Origin: Pyrinomonadaceae bacterium
GTDB lineage: Bacteria > Acidobacteriota > Blastocatellia > Pyrinomonadales > Pyrinomonadaceae
Length of the DNA stretch: 24,000 bases
NCBI GenBank assembly: GCA_036389315.1
Contig: DASVQF010000028.1
Coordinates: 7,429-31,428, forward strand
Reading direction: 5' to 3'
Both the position numbers and the translations under genes were made by a program. Numbering within the stretch: the first letter of the stretch is position 1; every line of letters starts with the position of its first letter. The notes under the pieces are model-generated. The model was not told the DNA's origin. It ran no database searches and saw only the letters and a list, made by a program, of their open reading frames with translations. Positions 7,872 through 15,078 of the stretch are shown here, piece by piece.

Positions 7872-8080
7872 AGCCAGAGATTTGAGAGCCTCGCCGCCGA
7901 AGCGCGTTTCCTTCCCCTGAGCCTGCAAGCCTTCCCCTCATCGCTAGCCTTCTTTTTATCGCCCCTTCTTCCTATAATTCGAGCGAAACCGCCGAGCGTG
8001 GTTGAGCGTATAGGGCTCCGGAGGTAATTATTTTCAATACCGGCGACAGCGGGGCGGGCGACGGAAAGCATCTAAAGATC

Positions 8081-8881
8081 ATGGCAGGCTTGAGGCATAA
8101 AATCTGGATTATCGCGGCGCTGCTCCTGATGCCGTCGCTCGCCTTCGCTCAAAGCTCAAGGGCGAAGCGCACGGCCGCGACGCAGAAGACGCAAGGCGAT
8201 GCCGTGATCGTCTCGCGCGCCGACGAGCAGCCGGCCGCGCCCCTCATGACGAGCCACCAGGAGCTAGTCAAAGCCACAGAGACTTACAAGTCCAGCCTGA
8301 GAGAGCTGCTCGCGTTGCGTGAGAAAGGGGTCGCGCAGGCGGCCGAAGAGCTGGAAAAGTTGCGGGCGCTTTACAAAGACGGCATCATCTCGCGCCGCGA
8401 CTTTGAGAAGAGCGAAGCGGCATTGACGGAGCTTCGCGGAGGCGTCGAAGAGGTGCGCCAGAAGATCAGGGCGGCCGACCAGATGGTCGCCGAAGCCCTC
8501 ATCGAAGCGCAGGCGGCCGCCGCCCCCCCCGTGCAGGTCATGCCCCGTGGGAGCACTGTGAGAAGCGTCGCCTACATACGCTACGCCGGCTCCGGCAGTT
8601 GGTCTCTTTCCGAGGCCGCGAAGATAGAGAGCTTCTTCTACGGACAGTTCGGCCATCACCTGCCCGTGAGCGCCTTCGGGCAATCAGACCTGCATAACCG
8701 CTGGGGCTACGATCACCGTAACGCTATGGATGTCGCGCTGCACCCGGACAGCCGCGAAGGACAGGCCCTTATGGCCTACCTGAGCAGCCAGCGCATCCCC
8801 TTCCTGGCCTTCCGTCAAGCCGTCCCGGGCTCCGCCACTGGCCCACACATACACGTCGGCAAACCTTCAAGCAAGAACTGA
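8081..8881 (+). CDS. Secreted coiled-coil protein with SHOCT-like motif and possible LAS-type metallopeptidase-like C-terminus
   Basis: Signal peptide (MAGLRHKIWIIAALLLMPSLAFAQS) followed by a helical region containing LEKLRALYKDGIISRRDFEKSEAAL, which is SHOCT-like. The C-terminus has HRNAMDVAL and GPHIHVG, reminiscent of the H..D / HxH zinc ligands of LAS-type peptidases. This last point is weak and by eye only. Confidence 0.6.
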   Translation: MAGLRHKIWIIAALLLMPSLAFAQSSRAKRTAATQKTQGDAVIVSRADEQPAAPLMTSHQELVKATETYKSSLRELLALREKGVAQAAEELEKLRALYKDGIISRRDFEKSEAALTELRGGVEEVRQKIRAADQMVAEALIEAQAAAAPPVQVMPRGSTVRSVAYIRYAGSGSWSLSEAAKIESFFYGQFGHHLPVSAFGQSDLHNRWGYDHRNAMDVALHPDSREGQALMAYLSSQRIPFLAFRQAVPGSATGPHIHVGKPSSKN

Positions 8882-8884
8882 AAA

Positions 8885-8966
8885 GCAATGCGGAAGGATG
8901 AGTGATGAAGGATGAATGAAAGACAAGTTGCTTTTCATTCCGCCTTCCGCCTTCATCCTTTCTTCC
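8885..8966. repeat. Copy 2 of the imperfect-palindromic intergenic repeat family
   Basis: Sequence: GCAATGCGGAAGGATGAGTGATGAAGGATGAATGAAAG-acaagttg-CTTTTCATTCCGCCTTCCGCCTTCATCCTTTCTTCCC. It folds as a long imperfect hairpin, with 8892-8922 pairing against 8931-8962. The 24-nt string GAAGGCGGAAGGCGGAATGAAAAG (reverse complement of 8931-8954) is identical to 22296-22319. The element exactly fills the gap between the stop at 8881 and the convergent stop at 8967. Confidence 0.8.
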
Positions 8967-9701
8967 CTAGTACCACGCCGGTTGTTTATCTATCAGGAGC
9001 TTTGATCTCGGGATGGAAAGATAGTCTTTGGCCCAGGCTTCTCTCTGCACTGGGCGGAAGTCATCCGTCAAGACGGCTTCTCGTCCGTCGAGCGGAACTT
9101 TGTTGGCCGAGAGCTTGCGGTAGTCGCGTGTGCGCCCGCGCACGCTCTCGTAATAATCTCTGAAGTGGACGGGCAAGACCCGCAAGCCTTCCGTCCAGTA
9201 GTAGACCCTGCCGAAGTAGGCCGCATGCAGCCACCGCTCCCACGGGCGCGGCAAGTACAGCTCAGCCTTCAAGCTCGCAGTGTAGAGCGGAAGCCACAGC
9301 ACGTAGATTCCGAGTCGCCCGTATTCGGCCGTGCGGTATTTGATCTTGTCCAGCGAGAGGCTGCTCAGTTGCACCTCTATGGCGACGGGCACGCCGTTGA
9401 TGTAGGCGCTGATGTCCGGCCGCACTGTGCCCAGGTTGCGCTCGATCTCGCATTTGGTGACGCGCTCGTGCGCCGACAGGCTTTCATAAATAGCCATCTT
9501 GCACAGGCGGTGTGCTTCGGATTCTCCCGTCCCGTATTCGCAGACGACGGGCGGCTGGTGTGCGAAGTGCGGCGCGCGCAAAGCGCCCTTGCGCAGCGTG
9601 ACCTGGCGGCCACAGCAATGACAGATAAAAGGTCTCTGCTCCCTGCTAGCTTCCCAGGCCGCGAGCTTAACTCCGTCAGCCTCTCTTCTGGCCGTCAGCA
9701 T
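8967..9701 (-). CDS. CoiA-like competence-family protein (PD-(D/E)xK nuclease fold)
   Basis: N-terminal zinc-finger-like motif RPFICHCCGRQVTLRKGALRAPHFAHQ...CEYGTGESEAHRLCK, then VRPDISAYINGVPVAIEVQLSSLSLDKIKYRTAEYGRLGIYVLWL. This matches the CoiA pattern (HFAH, ESxEH, R-x-D, E-x-Q-x-S) as I recall it. The gene overlaps the upstream gene by 26 nt. Confidence 0.75.
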   Translation of the reverse strand: MLTARREADGVKLAAWEASREQRPFICHCCGRQVTLRKGALRAPHFAHQPPVVCEYGTGESEAHRLCKMAIYESLSAHERVTKCEIERNLGTVRPDISAYINGVPVAIEVQLSSLSLDKIKYRTAEYGRLGIYVLWLPLYTASLKAELYLPRPWERWLHAAYFGRVYYWTEGLRVLPVHFRDYYESVRGRTRDYRKLSANKVPLDGREAVLTDDFRPVQREAWAKDYLSIPRSKLLIDKQPAWY

Positions 9702-10167
9702 CTCTCTCAGGATCGTTAGCAGTAGTGTTGATGTCGAACTGTTCCAGGTATGAAAGGTCTAGCGTCCATTGATGGCAGCTACGACGATGCCACAGCTCGA
9801 AACAGCCTTCGACATAGAAGCTGGCGTCGGAGAGCGACCACCCGTTGACGCGTGCCAGGTGAGCGACGGCGCGGGCCTGATTGCCGCGTACGTGGGCCAA
9901 GCCTATGTGCTTGACTTCGTGGCAGGCCGGACAGAGCGCCAGGAGGCGGACGAGCTTCTGCACGCGCCGCTCATCATCATAGGCGAACACTTCATGACAT
10001 TCGACGGGCCACTTCCGTCCGCGCCCTCCGCACACTTCGCACGCGTAGCGCGCGCGCCTGAACGTCACCCGCTTGAGCCTCTCCCACTCGCCGGCCGAAA
10101 CGTTCGAGCGCACGTTGCGATACCAGGAAGACCTGGGCACAAGCTCGATGGTCAACAGCTCTTTCAC
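9676..10167 (-). CDS. HNH-like zinc-finger nuclease-family protein
   Basis: The track ORF was trimmed to GTG 10167, which overlaps the upstream stop as GTGA. The motif is CEVCGGRGRKWPVECHEVFAYDDERRVQKLVRLLALCPACHEVKHIG, i.e. CxxC...CHE...CxxCHxxxH, a beta-beta-alpha-metal / HNH-type finger. Confidence 0.65.
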   Translation of the reverse strand: MKELLTIELVPRSSWYRNVRSNVSAGEWERLKRVTFRRARYACEVCGGRGRKWPVECHEVFAYDDERRVQKLVRLLALCPACHEVKHIGLAHVRGNQARAVAHLARVNGWSLSDASFYVEGCFELWHRRSCHQWTLDLSYLEQFDINTTANDPERDADGQKRG

Positions 10168-10730
10168 TCGCGCGTCTCTCTTTGATCCCTGCTCATTGCC
10201 GCCAGTCTCTTGAGGAGTTGGCAGGTCGCCTGAACGTCGCGGGCGGCGCGGTGGTTGCCGCCTTCGAGCCCGAAAGCGGCGCAGGCTTCGCCGAGCGTCG
10301 GAGAGCGGCGCGTGCCCAGCATCCTTTTGACGAGCAGCATGGCGCAGCGCCAGCCGCGCTCCGTCGAAGCTTGATGATAGCGCGAGCATTCGGCCGCGAA
10401 GGCGCGACGGTCGAAGGCGGCGTTGTAGGCTATGAGCAGGCGGCCCGCGACCTGCCCGTCGAGCTGCGGCCAGATCTCCTCCCAGCGGGGCGCGCCTTCC
10501 AGCTCCGCGCGGTCGAAGCGATGGTGCTTGGACGGCGGCGGCAGAGCGTTGAAAGTGGGCCGCACGAGCGACTCGTAGATGATCTCGCCGTTCATGTCGC
10601 CGAGGGCGATCTCTATGATCTCGACCGTGGGCCCGGCCCCCACTGTCTCCGTGTCTATGACCAGGGCTCTATCGTTCAGCTCGTAAATCTCAAGCTGCGG
10701 GGTGTAGAGCTGTTTGACGTTAAAGTGCAT
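10164..10730 (-). CDS. DEDDh 3'-5' exonuclease (DnaQ/RNase T superfamily)
   Basis: Exo I motif LVIDTETVG, Exo II motif LIAYNAAFDRRAF and Exo III motif HRAARDVQATCQLL. The gene is 9 nt downstream of the DUF790-like gene. Confidence 0.85.
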   Translation of the reverse strand: MHFNVKQLYTPQLEIYELNDRALVIDTETVGAGPTVEIIEIALGDMNGEIIYESLVRPTFNALPPPSKHHRFDRAELEGAPRWEEIWPQLDGQVAGRLLIAYNAAFDRRAFAAECSRYHQASTERGWRCAMLLVKRMLGTRRSPTLGEACAAFGLEGGNHRAARDVQATCQLLKRLAAMSRDQRETRE

Positions 10731-10739
10731 GATTGATGG

Positions 10740-11954
10740 TTAATCCGAGATGAGAGCGTTGAGGGCCAACTCCACCGCGACCGGCTCCAGCCTGGTCTTA
10801 TAGATGATCGTGTGCGGCGGGACGCGCGTCAGTGGCTCGCGGCTGCCGCGCAAGTCGTCCCAGGCGGCAAGCAGGAAGTTGCGGACTGCGGCGTGCTCGA
10901 ACTCCTTCAATCTCTGCTGCAAGTGACGGGGCGTCCAGAAGCCCAGAATCTCAAGATAAAAAGTATGCCCCCGGTCGTCTGTGAGCACGAAGTCGGGAAT
11001 GAAGGCGCTCTCGCCGAGGTCTATGACTTTGCTGCTCGGCTCAAGAGTCCAGGCGCTCTCGAACCTGGCCCAAGCCTCCAACAGCTTCTCCTGCGCCGAA
11101 GACTCGCGCGCCCCGGCAGCGGCGAAGTAGTGCGAGCGCAGGAGCGTTTGATTGCTATCCAGCTCGAAGAAAGCTTTACCGCCACTGCCCGGCTTCTGTG
11201 CTATCTCCGCCCTCATGCGCCAGCCCTTGCAAAGCAGCAGCGCCGGAAGAAAGACTGCCATCTGCACGCCGTACTTCTGCGAGCGATGAAACATGGAGAC
11301 GGGCCCATCGAGCCGGATTTCGTAACCCGTCTCGGCGCTTCCCTTGATCGTGTGAATCAACCTGTAAGCCTTGATCGCGCCGAACAGCTCACGATAATTT
11401 TCCGGCCCCTGCGGCTCCACCTTGAGGTGCATTTCCAGGCAGCGATAGAGGAGCGCCTGTGCCTGGGCCAGGTTATAAAGATCGAGCAGCTCGCCTTTTG
11501 TCAGGTGCTCGAACTCCAAGAGCTTCTGGTTCGCGGGCAGGTCTGCGTAGAGCCCCGCCAGCACAGTCTCGGGCGCGCACCCGAGCGCGAGCGCCGTCTC
11601 TCGCAACACAGCCTCGCGCTCCTCCTCACTCTCGTCCGTGACCGGATGAAAGTGGCGCGCCTGAAGAAAGAGCGCCCGGCGAATCTCCACAGGGTCTACG
11701 GGGCTGGCGGTTTCAAACGTGCAGCGATCCATCAGAAGCTTGATGAGCCCGCGCAGGATTCTGTAGTCCGTGCCGAGCCCGACGTACTCTTCAAGAGCCT
11801 GGGCCAACTCCTGCCGGGTGCGCCCCTCGTGCTCTACGAAAAGCCTGATCAGCTCCTCGGCGTCGCGCAGGTAGCCCTCGTCCGTAGTCTCTATGTAGCG
11901 TGGGCCACAGCGCCCGCCGCGCTGCCAGCTCTGTGCCAGATCGGCCGTCAACAT
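10740..11954 (-). CDS. DUF790/Bax1-like endonuclease (XPB-associated nuclease family)
   Basis: 404-aa ORF starting 3 nt after the XPB-like helicase gene. The C-terminal AFIPDFVL...FYLEILGFWTPRHLQQRLKEF matches my memory of the restriction-endonuclease-like core of DUF790 (PDF...E-I-x-GFWTPEYL). The conserved helicase adjacency supports the call. Confidence 0.7.
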   Translation of the reverse strand: MLTADLAQSWQRGGRCGPRYIETTDEGYLRDAEELIRLFVEHEGRTRQELAQALEEYVGLGTDYRILRGLIKLLMDRCTFETASPVDPVEIRRALFLQARHFHPVTDESEEEREAVLRETALALGCAPETVLAGLYADLPANQKLLEFEHLTKGELLDLYNLAQAQALLYRCLEMHLKVEPQGPENYRELFGAIKAYRLIHTIKGSAETGYEIRLDGPVSMFHRSQKYGVQMAVFLPALLLCKGWRMRAEIAQKPGSGGKAFFELDSNQTLLRSHYFAAAGARESSAQEKLLEAWARFESAWTLEPSSKVIDLGESAFIPDFVLTDDRGHTFYLEILGFWTPRHLQQRLKEFEHAAVRNFLLAAWDDLRGSREPLTRVPPHTIIYKTRLEPVAVELALNALISD

Positions 11955-11957
11955 AAC

Positions 11958-13379
11958 TTAGATGAACCTGCGCGCGCGGCTCGCCTCTTCGGTCGCGTGC
12001 CGCGCTTCGCGAAACTGACCGGCATCAGTCCTGCGCCTGCTGATGTTCTCCTCCGTGGTCTCGCTGGTGACGACTTCATAAAGAATCGCCTCCTTACCGG
12101 GCTGCTTGCGAAGTATGCGCCCGAGGCGCTGAATGTGCTCGCGCGATGAGCCTGAGCCGGAGAGGATGACGGCGACTGAAGCCTCTGGGATGTTGACCCC
12201 CTCGTTGAGCACCTTGGAAGTGGCGAGCGCAAGCACATCGCCCTGATTGAAAGCCTCTAGCCACTGGCGACGCTCCTTAATCCCCGTCTCATGCGTGATC
12301 GCAGGGATGAAGAACTGCTCGGAGATGCGATAGACCATCTCGTTCTCGGCCGTAAAGATCAAGGTGCGATCCCTCTTGTGGCGGCCGAGCAGTTGAGCGA
12401 GCACCCTCAGCTTGGCTTCCGTCCCCAAAGCTATGCGCTTCGACTCTCTGTAAGCGAGCATGGCGCGGCGTCCGGCTTCGCTGCGCGCGCTCGCGGCGAT
12501 AAACGTCTGCCAGCCGCGTAAAGAGCCCAGGTCTATACGCTTCTCCTGTAGAAAGCGCCGAAAGACTGCGCGCTCAGACTCGTACAGCTCGCGCTCTTCG
12601 GGACTGAGGCGGACGTTGATGCGAACGATACTATAGTCGGCCAGGTACTCGCCGGCCAGTTCGTGCGCCTCGCGCCGGTAAACGATTGGGCCAATCAATT
12701 GCTCAAGACTGTTCTCAGCGCCGTCGGCCCGCTCGGGCGTCGCCGTCAACCCCAGTCGAAAGGGCGCAATCGCCATCTCGGCCGCATAGCGATAGATGCT
12801 GCTCGGCAGGTGATGGCATTCGTCGAAGATGATGAGGCCGAACTGATTGCCCAGGCGCTCCATGAAGCGGAAGGCCGACGCGTAGGTCGTCACGGTCAAA
12901 GCTCCCGTCTCGTAGTAGCCGCCGCCGATCAATCCCACTTCGGCCTGAAAGCAGGAGAGCAGAAGGTCGTACCACTGGTTCATCAGGTCAATGGTCGGGA
13001 CGATGACGAGCGTGGAGCGTTTCGTCTGCTCGATGGCCATCTGCGCGACGAGGCTCTTGCCAGCGCCCGTCGGCAGCACTATCACGCCGCAGCGATTAGC
13101 CCTTCGCCACTCCTGTATCGACTGCTGCTGGTAAGGTCGCGGCTCGACCTGTAGCCGCACGGGGAAATCAAACTCAAGGTAGGCGCGCGCGCGATCCTCG
13201 TAAGGCACTTGCTGGCGAATGAGGTCTCGGACGACGTGGCGATAGGCCCAGGCCGGAGCGCGCCAGCGCATCACGCGCTCGTCCCAGCGAAACTGGGCCG
13301 GAACAACCGCCTCGCGCCCGGCTCCGTCCAGCAGCAACGTCCCCGCCTCGAACCGCAGTAACACATCCGTCGAACTCAT
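11958..13379 (-). CDS. XPB/Ssl2 (ERCC3/Rad25)-like superfamily 2 DNA helicase
   Basis: SF2 motifs are present: I VLPTGAGKS, II IIFDECHH, III LGLTATPERADG (the position of the XPB RED-like motif) and VI HIQRLGRILR. The N-terminal LRFEAGTLLLDG...RWDERVMRWRAPAWAY resembles the XPB damage-recognition-type domain. Confidence 0.85.
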   Translation of the reverse strand: MSSTDVLLRFEAGTLLLDGAGREAVVPAQFRWDERVMRWRAPAWAYRHVVRDLIRQQVPYEDRARAYLEFDFPVRLQVEPRPYQQQSIQEWRRANRCGVIVLPTGAGKSLVAQMAIEQTKRSTLVIVPTIDLMNQWYDLLLSCFQAEVGLIGGGYYETGALTVTTYASAFRFMERLGNQFGLIIFDECHHLPSSIYRYAAEMAIAPFRLGLTATPERADGAENSLEQLIGPIVYRREAHELAGEYLADYSIVRINVRLSPEERELYESERAVFRRFLQEKRIDLGSLRGWQTFIAASARSEAGRRAMLAYRESKRIALGTEAKLRVLAQLLGRHKRDRTLIFTAENEMVYRISEQFFIPAITHETGIKERRQWLEAFNQGDVLALATSKVLNEGVNIPEASVAVILSGSGSSREHIQRLGRILRKQPGKEAILYEVVTSETTEENISRRRTDAGQFREARHATEEASRARRFI

Positions 13380-13453
13380 CTCGCAGTAGAGATTACCTCA
13401 CGCCCACGCCCGATTTCTAACGCGGCCGCGAAAAGCTCCTCGCCCTTCTCCTT

Positions 13454-14446
13454 CTACGCCGCCCGCTCCCTGGCGATCCTCTCCTGTAAAAAGGCCAGCA
13501 CTTCGCGCTTCTGACCCGTCGCCAATGCGTCCACGCTCTCCACCTTATATTTCTTCCCAAGCCAGTCCGAGAGCTGATCTTCCGTTTTACCCAGGCGGCG
13601 GCACGCGGCCAGAATCTCAACGCGAAGCTCAGCCTCCTCCGCGCCTGGCCCGGCAGCTTGCCTCTCATCCTGAGAAAACTTTCGCCCGCCGCCCGCCGTT
13701 GGCCCAACCGGAGCAGGCTGGGACGCCGCAGGCGCTTGTGGCGCAACCGCCGTCGAGGTGCTGATGAAATCTTCAACGTCCTGCGTGAAAAATTCAGAGG
13801 CGTTGACGGCCAGCAGAGTCGCCGCGATCAAAGAGCGTTTCTGCCCCATCTTCTGAATCGTGTTGACCTGATCTGCGATCTCAGCGTTGGGCACACGCCC
13901 GACTTGCTGGCTTTCGATCACAGGGTCGCCCGCGGAGAATTTCGCGCCGCAGCCCCCCTTCTTGCGGAAACAGAGCCAGCCACCGCCGTACTCCTCCTTG
14001 CCCTTGATGATCGCGGCCTGCGCGCACTCGGGGCAGACTCTCTGGGCTTCGCGGTAGCGGTACTTGGTCTCGCGCGAGTTGCAGGAGCCGTCGGCCTCGG
14101 CCACCAGCAGGTCGCCGCGAAAGAGCTGGCAGCGATAGAGGTAATAGAAGAAGGGCTCGCTGTTGTGATCTTCGCCCGTCCAATCCTCTATCCGCTCGAT
14201 CAACTGAAAGCGGGTGCTGAGACCAAAGAAGGTCGTCAGCTTCTCCGCGCCCGGCTTGAGCAGCGTGAGCTTGTCCGTGCCCGGAATCATCCCGTAGTCA
14301 ATGTCCTTCCTGAGCACCCGACTGACGAACTCCGTGATCGTATTGTAACGCTCGACGGCCAGCTCAATGGACATCGCCGGCATGAACTGCGAGCGATCAG
14401 CGGGCGCGAGCGCGCCCCTCATCTCCGGCGGCAACTCTTCATTCAT
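13454..14446 (-). CDS. Putative Rad52-superfamily (Erf/Sak-like) single-strand annealing protein with inserted zinc ribbon and extra C-terminal domain
   Basis: DIDYGMIPGTDKLTLLKPGAEKLTTFFGL...AEADGSCNSRETKY...NTIQKMGQKRSLIAATLLAVNASEFFTQDVED resembles the core and the KMAxKRAL...FTQD..ED helix that I recall from phage Erf/Sak-type recombinases. There is a CPEC...CFRKKGGCG zinc ribbon, then a Pro/Ala-rich linker and a helical C-terminal domain. Adjacency to ssb fits. The functional call is tentative. Confidence 0.45.
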   Translation of the reverse strand: MNEELPPEMRGALAPADRSQFMPAMSIELAVERYNTITEFVSRVLRKDIDYGMIPGTDKLTLLKPGAEKLTTFFGLSTRFQLIERIEDWTGEDHNSEPFFYYLYRCQLFRGDLLVAEADGSCNSRETKYRYREAQRVCPECAQAAIIKGKEEYGGGWLCFRKKGGCGAKFSAGDPVIESQQVGRVPNAEIADQVNTIQKMGQKRSLIAATLLAVNASEFFTQDVEDFISTSTAVAPQAPAASQPAPVGPTAGGGRKFSQDERQAAGPGAEEAELRVEILAACRRLGKTEDQLSDWLGKKYKVESVDALATGQKREVLAFLQERIARERAA

Positions 14447-14525
14447 ATCATTCTCATCCGTGTGCGATGAACGCTTGGCCCAAAGGCGCGCGGTCGCGTG
14501 GGCCCATCCGGCTCGGGCCGAGATC

Positions 14526-14987
14526 TTAGAATGGGATCGAGTCTTCGTCTACGGCGGCCGTGCGCGCTGGAGGAACGCGACCTCCCGCCGGACGCGTGGA
14601 ATTCTGACTTCGCGACTGGTCGAACGAGCGCACCGGGATGCCTTCACGCTCGGCGCTCGCCCCGCCGTCGATGAACTGTACGTCGCTCGCATTGATTTCG
14701 AGCGTGTAGCGCGGCTTGCCTTCCTTGTCCGTCCACTCTTCCAGGTGCAGACGCCCTTCGACATAGGCGCTCCTGCCCTTGGACAGGTACTTCGAGACAG
14801 CCTCGGCCTGCTTGCCCCAGACCGTCACGCGGAACCAGGTGGTAGTGTCCTGCTGCTCGCCCCCGGCCCCTTTGCGCCGCTCGTTCGACGCGATGCTGAA
14901 GGTGCAGACGGGCGTGCCCTGCGGCGTGTATCGCATTTCGGGGTCGCGCCCCAGGTTCCCGACGACGATGATCTTGTTGAATGACAT
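14526..14987 (-). CDS. ssb: Single-stranded DNA-binding protein
   Basis: Trimmed to ATG 14987. OB fold (MSFNKIIVVGNLGRDPEMRYTPQGTPVCTFSIA...WFRVTVWGKQAE), a disordered linker and the acidic tip DEDSIPF. Confidence 0.92.
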   Translation of the reverse strand: MSFNKIIVVGNLGRDPEMRYTPQGTPVCTFSIASNERRKGAGGEQQDTTTWFRVTVWGKQAEAVSKYLSKGRSAYVEGRLHLEEWTDKEGKPRYTLEINASDVQFIDGGASAEREGIPVRSFDQSRSQNSTRPAGGRVPPARTAAVDEDSIPF

Positions 14988-15078
14988 GCTCTTTTTATCC
15001 TCTCGCTTTTTAAAGCCGCTCCTGTTGCAAACGTAGGACAGTGTATCACACGCAGTTTCAACTGTATAGATTCCCATC

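Noticed and set aside
10812-12149. Long antisense ORFs in the six-frame track. Examples: 445 aa at 10812-12149 (+), 307 aa at 444-1367 (-), 277 aa at 3065-3898 (+), 270 aa at 13658-14470 (+), 353 aa at 22435-23496 (-).
   Set aside because: They lie opposite or out of frame to ORFs with clear family motifs. They are Arg/Ala/Pro/Gly-rich, as expected for shadow frames in high-GC DNA, and contain no recognisable domains.
15053-15064. Reading CAGTTTCAACTG, or the nearby CTGT, as an E. coli-type LexA SOS box upstream of ssb.
   Set aside because: It does not fit CTGT-N8-ACAG, the GAAC-N4-GTTC Cheo box or GTTC-N7-GTTC. It is kept only as an unexplained inverted repeat in the findings.
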